Assembly (NCBI GenBank): GCA_963667465.2
Contig: CAXXDN010000001.1
Coordinates: forward strand, 288,001-352,000
Length of the DNA stretch: 64,000 nt
From: Dehalococcoidia bacterium
Lineage (GTDB): Bacteria > Chloroflexota > Dehalococcoidia > UBA2979
Direction of reading: 5' to 3'
This document shows positions 57,272-64,000 of the stretch, piece by piece. Numbering within the stretch: position 1 is the stretch's first letter; every line of letters starts with the position of its first letter. The notes beneath the pieces are model-generated. The model did no database searches, was not told the origin of the DNA, and was given only the letters and a program-made list of their open reading frames with translations. A program made the translations under genes and the position numbers.

Positions 57272-58033
57272 CTAGATCGGCGGCCAGGGGACGCAGCGCC
57301 AGGGATACATCTCCGGCAGCACCGGGTTTGCGAGCAGTTCCGTGCTGCGCTCGATCAGCGCCTCGACCTCCCGCTCGTGCAGGCAGGCGCGCAGCGCGTC
57401 CGTCGAGGGGTCCGCGGCGCGCAGGCAGTCGCGCACGCGGCGGATGTCGTGCTGCCACTGCTCCGGCAGCCGCTCGCCGGCGAAGTCCCAGACCACCGTG
57501 CGCAGCTTCTCGTGGCTGTGGAAGCAGAGCGCGTTGTCGATGCACCAGAGCTGTCCGGCGGCGTCGAGCAGGACATGCCCGCCCTTGCGGTCGGCGTTGT
57601 TCGCCAGCAGGTCGAAGGCGGCGATGCGGATCAGCGTCTCGCGCAGCTCCTCGCGATCGCGCAGCTCGAAAAAGTGCTCGGCCGGGTTGTGCTCGATGAA
57701 GAGCTGAACCGAGCCCGCCCCCTCGGGCCCCTCGCGCTCGAGGGTGGGCGGGACGAGCGCCCAGCCGAGCAGCCGCGCGTACTCCCACGCCGCGACCTCG
57801 CGGAGGTGCAGCGTGCCGTAGGGGAAGTCTCCCAGCGGGCGCTCGCCTCGCTGCGGCTTGTAGACGGCGAGGCCTTCGCCGTGCGCGGGGTGCGCGAGGT
57901 CTACGAGGAAGACGTAGTTGGAGGAGTCGTAGAGGAGCCGCGAGCGCACGACCTCGGCGTCGCGCAGCGCCTCCTCGACATGGGAGTCGCCGGGTCGCCA
58001 GGCGTTGCGGAGGTCACGGATGCTCTCGGGCAT
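57272..58033 (-). CDS. SCO1664 family (PI3/4-kinase-like) protein
   Basis: SSNY, YKP..GERPL.DFP, REVAA, NNADRKGGH, IDN, KLRTV.W. Confidence 0.88.
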   Translation of the reverse strand: MPESIRDLRNAWRPGDSHVEEALRDAEVVRSRLLYDSSNYVFLVDLAHPAHGEGLAVYKPQRGERPLGDFPYGTLHLREVAAWEYARLLGWALVPPTLEREGPEGAGSVQLFIEHNPAEHFFELRDREELRETLIRIAAFDLLANNADRKGGHVLLDAAGQLWCIDNALCFHSHEKLRTVVWDFAGERLPEQWQHDIRRVRDCLRAADPSTDALRACLHEREVEALIERSTELLANPVLPEMYPWRCVPWPPI

Positions 58034-58093
58034 GCGCCCTCGCTTCCGGCGGTTCGGTTGGCGATTGTAGCGCTCGCCCTGAGCGCGGACAGG

Positions 58094-58921
58094 CTAGGGC
58101 TGCTCGACGACCTCGCGCGTGCGGATGCCGAGGCCGAGCCGCAGCGCCGTGCCGTGCATCATCATCGTCGCCAGCGCCGGGAGCGCGGCGTCGACGATCG
58201 CGCGCGCCTCGGCGATCGCCTCCGCGCTCGCGCCGGCGGCGCGCAGGGCGTCCTCATCGGCACGCAGCGGTTGGGCGAGGAAGCGCGTCGAGGAGCGCGC
58301 GTAGAAGTAGAGCGCGCGCCCGCGCTGGCGGAAGAGCGGGTAGGCGGAGAGGTGCTGCAGCTCGTCCCACGCCGCCTCGAGGTAGCCGGGCCAGACCGCG
58401 ATCGCCCGGTACAGCTCCGGCGGGCGCGCCAGCTGCAGTTGCCCGGCGACGTCGCGCAGCGGCCCGGCAGCCGCCGAGGCGAACTCCACCTCGCGCGCCA
58501 GGTGCGCGCGCTCGCGCTCGCCGTCCTCGCGCGGGGCGGGGCGGCCCTGCCCGCCGACCGAGGGGGCCTCGCGCGCCTCGGCGAGGGCGGCGCAGAGCAG
58601 CAGCAACTGCGGCTGCACCAGGTGGAAGGCGTCGAGCACGGCGAGCAGGCAGTCGAGGTCGTCCGCGGTGAGCGCGCCGCCGAGCAGCGTCTCGCGGCTG
58701 AGCGCGGGCTGGTAGACCTCCTCAACCGCGTCGAGCGCCATGTCCGCCATGTAGAGCGCGCTGCCGAGGAAACCCGCGGTCTCGACAGACGGCTCGAGCT
58801 GCGGCCAGACGGCCTCGAGCACGCCCTCGCAGGCCCCGAGGGCGGCAATCACCTCGGGCACGAAGGGCGAGCGCAGCGCGGCCGCGACGGCCTCGGCTGT
58901 GGGTGACGGCGCGGCGGTCAT
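58094..58921 (-). CDS. DehI-like (group I haloacid dehalogenase family) protein
   Basis: Internally duplicated helical pattern: LRSPFVP..LEAVWPQL and YRAIAVWPGYLEAAWDEL. Confidence 0.55.
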   Translation of the reverse strand: MTAAPSPTAEAVAAALRSPFVPEVIAALGACEGVLEAVWPQLEPSVETAGFLGSALYMADMALDAVEEVYQPALSRETLLGGALTADDLDCLLAVLDAFHLVQPQLLLLCAALAEAREAPSVGGQGRPAPREDGERERAHLAREVEFASAAAGPLRDVAGQLQLARPPELYRAIAVWPGYLEAAWDELQHLSAYPLFRQRGRALYFYARSSTRFLAQPLRADEDALRAAGASAEAIAEARAIVDAALPALATMMMHGTALRLGLGIRTREVVEQP

Positions 58922-59116
58922 CGGGCGGAGGATAGCGCCCGGTCAGCCCGTAGCGGCGAAACGCGGTAGGGTGGATAGGCGGCGAAGGAGCCGCAAGCTC
59001 AGTACCTCTGCCCTGTCGTTTCACCCGAGCGCCCGCGTCGAGCCTGAGATCAACCATGGATCCGTCCGTCTGGACGCATCCGCAGCGCCGGCGTGGCCGG
59101 CAAGGAGTGAAGACGT

Positions 59117-59482
59117 TTGGCCCAGAGAATCTATGTAGGCAATCTGCCCTACTCGGCGACCGAGGACGAAGTGGAGACGCTGTTCGCCACGTACGGCGAA
59201 GTGCTCTCGGTGGCGCTGCCGACCGACCGCGAGACCGGCAGGGCGCGAGGCTTCGGCTTTGTCGAAATGTCCACGAGCGAGGCCGCACAGGCCATCGAGG
59301 GCGTCAACGGCACGGAGTTCGGCGGTCGCACGCTGAACGTGAACGAGGCGCGGCCTCGTGAGAACCGTGGCGGCGGTGGCGGCGGCTACGGCGGCGGCGG
59401 CGGTGGCGGCGGCTACGGCGGCGGCGGCGGTCGTGGTGGCTACGGCGGCGGCGGCGGGCGCGGCGGGTACGACCGTCGCTAG
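59117..59482 (+). CDS. RRM RNA-binding protein with Gly-rich tail
   Basis: RNP2 IYVGNL, RNP1 RGFGFVEM, GGGGY repeats. Confidence 0.93.
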   Translation: MAQRIYVGNLPYSATEDEVETLFATYGEVLSVALPTDRETGRARGFGFVEMSTSEAAQAIEGVNGTEFGGRTLNVNEARPRENRGGGGGGYGGGGGGGGYGGGGGRGGYGGGGGRGGYDRR

Positions 59483-59542
59483 CGTTCGCCCCTGGCATGT
59501 GGGCCCCTGGCCCTCGGGTGACTGACCGTCAGGAGCAGGTGG

Positions 59543-59571
59543 GGAGAGCCCGGCCGGGCGCCGGGCTCTCC
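59543..59571 (+). terminator. Strong hairpin between RRM and helicase genes (terminator or stabiliser)
   Basis: GGAGAGCCCGG-N7-CCGGGCTCTCC; no U-tract. Confidence 0.45.
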
Positions 59572-59717
59572 GCTCACCACCACGCACAACTCGCATCCGG
59601 GGCGCCCCGCCCGCTCGGGCGTCCGCAGACAGTAGTGGCACGTTGAACCAATCACGGCCTCGCTCAGCGCGGAGGCCACCACCACACCCTCCCTCACCAC
59701 GAACGGAACCACCCTCG

Positions 59718-61142
59718 ATGATCCTCTCCCCTCCCGACGCGCCCGCGCTCACACGGACCGCGGGCCTCGATGACGCCCCGGCGCACGGCGAGCACGGCGC
59801 GCACACGCTGCACCGCAACGGCGGCAGCCCCACCCCGACCTTCGAGGCGCTGGGCGTCTCACCCGACCTCACCGAGACGCTGACCGAAGCCGGAATCGAG
59901 CGCCCCTTCCCGATCCAGGCGCTGGCCATCCCCGATGCGCTGGCCGGCGAGGACATCTGCGGGATGGCGCAAACCGGCTCCGGAAAGACGCTCGCCTTCG
60001 GTTTGCCAATGATCGAGCGCACGACCACCGCGCGGCCGCGCCGCCCGCACTCGCTGGTGCTGGCGCCCACGCGCGAGCTCGCGAACCAGATCGCCGAGGA
60101 ACTGACCCCGCTCGCCGCCGCCCGCGGCCTCTGGCTGACCGCGATTTACGGCGGCGTCTCGATGCCGCGGCAGGTGCGGGCGCTGCAGCTGGGCGTGGAC
60201 ATCGTGATCGCAACGCCGGGGCGGCTCAACGACCTGCTCGAGCAGGGCGAGCTGTCGCTCGCCGCGGTCTCGTTTGTCGTCGTCGACGAGGCCGACCAGA
60301 TGGCCGACATGGGCTTCCTGCCGCAGGTGGAGCGCATCCTGAACCAGATCGAGGGGCAGCCCCAGACGCTGCTGTTCTCGGCCACGCTCGACGGCGCGGT
60401 CGGGGCCCTCGTGCGCCGCTACCAGCAGCGCCCCGCCCGCCACGAGATCGCCTCCGCCGCGCCCACCGTGGACGGGCTGGAGCAGCGCTTCATCGGCGTG
60501 CGCTCCGAGGACAAGATCGACGTCACCTCCGAGATCTGCGCCGGAGCCCACCGGGCGCTGGTCTTCGTGCGCACGACCCGCGCCGCGGACCGCGTCGCGA
60601 AGCGGCTGGGGCGGACCGGGCTGCGGGTCGGCGCCATTCACGGGCGGCTCTCGCAGAACCGCCGCGAGTCCACGCTCGAGGCGTTCCGGCGGGGTGACTC
60701 GCCCGTCCTCGTCGCCACGAATGTCGCCGCTCGCGGGCTGCACGTGGACGGCGTCGACATCGTCGTGCACTACGACCCGCCCGAGGATCACAAGACGTAC
60801 GTGCACCGCTCCGGTCGCACCGCGCGCGCCGGCGAGGGCGGCATGGTCGTCACGCTCGTACTCCCGGAGCAGCGGCCCGATGTCGCCGTGCTGCAACGCG
60901 ACGGCGGCAGCAACTACTCCGTCGTCGAGATGCGCGCAGGCGACCGCAGGCTCCTCGACCTCGCCTCGTGGTCCGCGCCGCGCGAGAGCACCAGCCCCGA
61001 CCAGGGCCGAAACGCGAACGGCGCCTCACGGCGCGGTCCCAACGGACGACGGCCCTCGAAGCCCCGCAACGGGCGCGGACGCGCCTCGGGCGGTGGCCCC
61101 CGGCCGGCTGAGCGCCGTCCCGCGCGAAGCCAGCGGCGCTAG
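59718..61142 (+). CDS. DEAD-box RNA helicase
   Basis: PFPIQ, AQTGSGKT, PTRELA, TPGR, DEAD, SAT, ARGL, HRSGRTAR. Confidence 0.95.
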   Translation: MILSPPDAPALTRTAGLDDAPAHGEHGAHTLHRNGGSPTPTFEALGVSPDLTETLTEAGIERPFPIQALAIPDALAGEDICGMAQTGSGKTLAFGLPMIERTTTARPRRPHSLVLAPTRELANQIAEELTPLAAARGLWLTAIYGGVSMPRQVRALQLGVDIVIATPGRLNDLLEQGELSLAAVSFVVVDEADQMADMGFLPQVERILNQIEGQPQTLLFSATLDGAVGALVRRYQQRPARHEIASAAPTVDGLEQRFIGVRSEDKIDVTSEICAGAHRALVFVRTTRAADRVAKRLGRTGLRVGAIHGRLSQNRRESTLEAFRRGDSPVLVATNVAARGLHVDGVDIVVHYDPPEDHKTYVHRSGRTARAGEGGMVVTLVLPEQRPDVAVLQRDGGSNYSVVEMRAGDRRLLDLASWSAPRESTSPDQGRNANGASRRGPNGRRPSKPRNGRGRASGGGPRPAERRPARSQRR

Positions 61143-61165
61143 CCCACTCGCCCCGGCGGCCGGGG

Positions 61166-61765
61166 CTAGCCTGGCGGCGCGCCGTGCCTGCCCGCCTCCC
61201 AGCCGACAGCGGCGAGGTGTTCGCGAGCCCACCTCGCGGGAAGCGGGTGCGTCTCCGTGGCCACGATGTTGTTCCAGTGATTGAGGAAGCCGCGCCAGCT
61301 GATCACGGCGACCAGTTCCACGATCTCGCCCTCGTCGAACCACTCGCGCAGGGCCTCGAAGTGCTCCTCGGTCACCCTGGTCGGCACGACAGAGCCATCC
61401 CTGGCCAGCCGCATTGCAGCCTTCTCGCGCCGCGTAAACAGGTCGCTCTCCTCGAAGTCGTACACCGCCCGCAGCTTCTCGGCGGGCATTCCGTTCCACG
61501 CCGCCCGGAACGCCGCGTGTGACTGGGTGTGCGAGCACTGCGCAGCGATGTCGACGGCCAGCGAGACGAGGCTCTTCAAGTCCCGCTCGACGGTTCCGGA
61601 ACGGGTGGCGGCCAGCATGACGCTCACGGCCTTCACCAGCTCCGGCCGCCGCGCCATCGTCAGTTGCCCTCGAGGGATGTAGCCGCCCGTCTCCTCCAGC
61701 GCCTGGAGCGAGTCCCGGATCTCCGGGTCCACGTCCTCGATCGCCAGGGGTGTGATGTGCGCCAT
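61166..61765 (-). CDS. Carboxymuconolactone decarboxylase/AhpD-like protein
   Basis: MARRPEL, QCSHTQSH, FTRREKAA, EGEIVEL, FLNHWN. Confidence 0.8.
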   Translation of the reverse strand: MAHITPLAIEDVDPEIRDSLQALEETGGYIPRGQLTMARRPELVKAVSVMLAATRSGTVERDLKSLVSLAVDIAAQCSHTQSHAAFRAAWNGMPAEKLRAVYDFEESDLFTRREKAAMRLARDGSVVPTRVTEEHFEALREWFDEGEIVELVAVISWRGFLNHWNNIVATETHPLPARWAREHLAAVGWEAGRHGAPPG

Positions 61766-61881
61766 GCGGGTCCCCTCCTTGTTGCGGTGGTCACGATAGC
61801 GCTCGCGAGCGCCGCTATTCGCGGGGCATGCGTCATCTGTCATGACTCCACATTGCCGCCTTGTGCGTTCAGCCCGTCGAG

Positions 61882-61899
61882 TGATGTAGGCTTACATCA
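61882..61899. promoter_or_regulatory. Palindromic operator of TA operon
   Basis: TGATGTA-GGCT-TACATCA abutting the antitoxin ATG. Confidence 0.6.
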
Positions 61900-62150
61900 T
61901 GAGTCGCCGCACGCAGATCACGCTGACCGACGAGCAGTATGCGCGGCTGCGCGAGGAGTCCCGGCGCTCCGGCCTCGGCCTCGCGGAGCTGGTCCGCCGG
62001 GCGCTCGATCACCGCTACGGAGCGGCTCCCGGCACGGAGTTGCGGAGCGCCCTCGACGCGAGCTTCGCCTCTTGGGGGGACCGTGATTTCGATGGCGCGA
62101 GCTACGTCGAGAGGCTGCGCCACGGCATGTCTCGCCGGCTGGCGGACTGA
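61899..62150 (+). CDS. CopG/RHH antitoxin (VapB)
   Basis: RRTQITLTDEQ..L..LAELVRRALD. Confidence 0.85.
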   Translation: MSRRTQITLTDEQYARLREESRRSGLGLAELVRRALDHRYGAAPGTELRSALDASFASWGDRDFDGASYVERLRHGMSRRLAD

Positions 62151-62530
62151 TGGCGATCGTCGTCGACACCTCGGTGCTGATCGACCAACTGCGAGGCGAG
62201 GAAGCGGCTCGCGAGGCGCTTCGCGGCGCGACGGCCGCCGGCGAGCGGCTCGTCGCGTCCGTCCTCACCAAGGTCGAGGTGCTGGCCGGGATGCGGGCGC
62301 CGGAGGAGCGCGCCACGCGTCGCCTGCTCGACAGCCTCGACTGGATCGAGGTGGATGACGAGCTCGCCGAACGTGCCGGCATGCTGGCCAACCGCTATCT
62401 GCCGTCACACCCCGGTGTCGATCCGGTCGACTACGTGATTGCGGCAACGGCCGAACACCTCGACGCCCGGCTCTGGACCCGCAACGTCCGCCACTTCCCG
62501 ATGTTCCCGGAGCTCGAGCCCCCGTACTGA
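62150..62530 (+). CDS. vapC: VapC PIN-domain toxin
   Basis: [31 protein letters not shown]. Confidence 0.9.
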   Translation: MAIVVDTSVLIDQLRGEEAAREALRGATAAGERLVASVLTKVEVLAGMRAPEERATRRLLDSLDWIEVDDELAERAGMLANRYLPSHPGVDPVDYVIAATAEHLDARLWTRNVRHFPMFPELEPPY

Positions 62531-62557
62531 GACGCTGCGATCCACTCGCTCGCGCTA

Positions 62558-62578
62558 CGAACGCACGTTCGCTATACT
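62558..62578 (+). promoter_or_regulatory. LexA (SOS) box and adjacent -10 of ruvB
   Basis: CGAACGCACGTTCG (GAAC-N4-GTTC) followed by TATACT. Confidence 0.8.
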
Positions 62579-62606
62579 GTGCGCGGCGGGTGAGGCAGGA
62601 GGCGGC

Positions 62607-63674
62607 GTGGACGACGAGAAGCGCGGTCCGCTGGCTCGCACGCAGACCCCCGATGACATTTCGATCGAGCCCACGCTGCGCCCCCGGCGCCTCGAGGAGT
62701 ACTTCGGCCAGGACACGGTCAAGGTGTCGCTGCGGATCGCGATCGCCGCTGCGAAGGGGCGGGGCGAACCGCTCGACCACCTGCTGATCCACGGCCCGCC
62801 CGGCCTCGGCAAGACGACGCTCGCGATGATCCTCGCCTCCGAGATGGGCGTCTCGATCCGCGTCACCTCCGGGCCGGCAATCGAGCGCGCGGGCGATCTC
62901 GCCTCGGTGCTCACCAGCCTGCAGCCCGGCGACGTGCTGTTCATCGACGAGGTGCACCGGCTGCCGCGCGTGGTGGAGGAGATCCTCTACCCGGCGATGG
63001 AGGACTGGGCGCTCGACATCATCCTCGGCAGCGGGCCGAAGGCGCGCGATGTGCGGCTCACGCTCAACCGCTTCACGCTGATCGCCGCCACCACGCGCTA
63101 CGCGCTGGTCTCGCAGCCGCTGCGCGACCGCTTCGGGGCGAGCTACCGGCTGGAGTTCTACGACGAGGCAGCGCTGAGCGAGATCGTGCGCCGCTCGGCG
63201 GGTGTGCTCGGCTGCGCCATCGATGCCGACGGAGTGACGGCGATCGCCAGCCGGGCGCGCGGCACCGCGCGCGTCGCGAACCGGCTGCTGCGCCGCGTGC
63301 GCGACTACGCCGAGGTGGAGGCGGACGGTGTGATCACCGAGCCGGTGGCCGCGCTCGCCCTCGCGCAGCTCGGCATCGACGAGCTGGGCCTCGACGCGAT
63401 GGACCGCGAGTTGCTGCGGGTGCTCGTCGAGCGCTTCGGCGGCGGCCCGGTGGGCCTCGAGACGCTGGCCGCGGCGGTCTCCGAGGAGGCCGACACGATC
63501 ATGGACGTGTACGAGCCGTACCTGCTGAAGATCGGCTACCTGCAGCGCACCCCGCGCGGCCGGGTCGCCTCGCGGCTGGCCTACGACCGCCTCGGCCTGG
63601 AGCCGCCCCCCGCGCTGCTCGCCGCCGTCGCGCAGCAGCCCGCACTGTTCGGCGAGGACGGCGCGGGCGGCTGA
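62607..63674 (+). CDS. ruvB: Holliday junction branch migration helicase RuvB
   Basis: [45 protein letters not shown]. Confidence 0.97.
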   Translation: MDDEKRGPLARTQTPDDISIEPTLRPRRLEEYFGQDTVKVSLRIAIAAAKGRGEPLDHLLIHGPPGLGKTTLAMILASEMGVSIRVTSGPAIERAGDLASVLTSLQPGDVLFIDEVHRLPRVVEEILYPAMEDWALDIILGSGPKARDVRLTLNRFTLIAATTRYALVSQPLRDRFGASYRLEFYDEAALSEIVRRSAGVLGCAIDADGVTAIASRARGTARVANRLLRRVRDYAEVEADGVITEPVAALALAQLGIDELGLDAMDRELLRVLVERFGGGPVGLETLAAAVSEEADTIMDVYEPYLLKIGYLQRTPRGRVASRLAYDRLGLEPPPALLAAVAQQPALFGEDGAGG

Positions 63675-63681
63675 CGCAGCC

Positions 63682-63894
63682 TCAACGCACCCCAAGCACC
63701 ATCGCGTCGACCGGGTTGCCGGCGTCGAAGACGGCGACGGCGAGGCGGCGGCCGGCCGTGAGCTGCGCGGCGGAGATGGCGCGCGAGACCGGCACGGCCG
63801 TGACCACCGAGGAGAGCGATCCGGCGAAGCGGACGGTCGCGGTCCAGGCCCCGCTGTCGAACGAGACCAGGGTGGCGCGCTCCAGCATCGTCAC
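63682..63894 (-). CDS. Small phage-like hypothetical protein
   Basis: RATLVSFDSGAWTATVRFAGS..VPVSRAI; GTGA coupled to the upstream ORF, with RBS GGAGG. Confidence 0.6.
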   Translation of the reverse strand: MTMLERATLVSFDSGAWTATVRFAGSLSSVVTAVPVSRAISAAQLTAGRRLAVAVFDAGNPVDAMVLGVR

Positions 63895-64000
63895 ACCTCC
63901 CCGAGCGTCAGGGTCTGCTCGTAGCGTGGGCGCGCACCGCGGGCGAAGCGCAGCCGCAGGCCCGCGACACGGAACGGCGCGGCAGCGAGGCCTGCCGCCG
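63891..64000 (-). CDS. C-terminus of putative phage tail/baseplate-like protein (partial)
   Basis: ..AAGLAAAPFRVAGLRLRFARGARPRYEQTLTLGEV-stop. Confidence 0.45.
   Translation of the reverse strand, partial: AAGLAAAPFRVAGLRLRFARGARPRYEQTLTLGEV

Noticed and set aside
59369-59470. GGC-rich tandem repeat
   Set aside because: It is simply the coding sequence of the Gly-rich RRM tail.

Overview
Very GC-rich bacterial chromosomal segment. The gene content suggests Chloroflexota, probably Dehalococcoidia/SAR202-like (inference): five luciferase-like monooxygenase paralogs, many SDR, crotonase and CaiB enzymes, a Gram-positive-type LexA box, and phage-like ORFs at the right edge. Contents from left to right: thiolase-like fragment; larE/larB/larC nickel-pincer biosynthesis genes without larA; assorted oxidoreductases; a CoA-transferase, MaoC pair, OB-fold, acyl-CoA dehydrogenase pair operon; a lower-GC NucS-like nuclease-RAMA-like-ATL fusion gene; tRNA-Arg(UCG); an AKR, coproheme decarboxylase-like, four tandem ABM, AhbAB-like operon; pstSCAB-phoU; a MIP channel whose promoter has the same Pho-box-like architecture as pstS; CYTH-CHAD, SixA and Ppx; an RRM protein and DEAD-box helicase; SOS-boxed ruvB; and phage-like genes. 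Five toxin-antitoxin-type modules and several tandem duplications are interspersed. Product calls rest on motif recognition by eye; no database searches were run. Many long ORFs in the track are GC-rich shadow frames, so starts were re-called.
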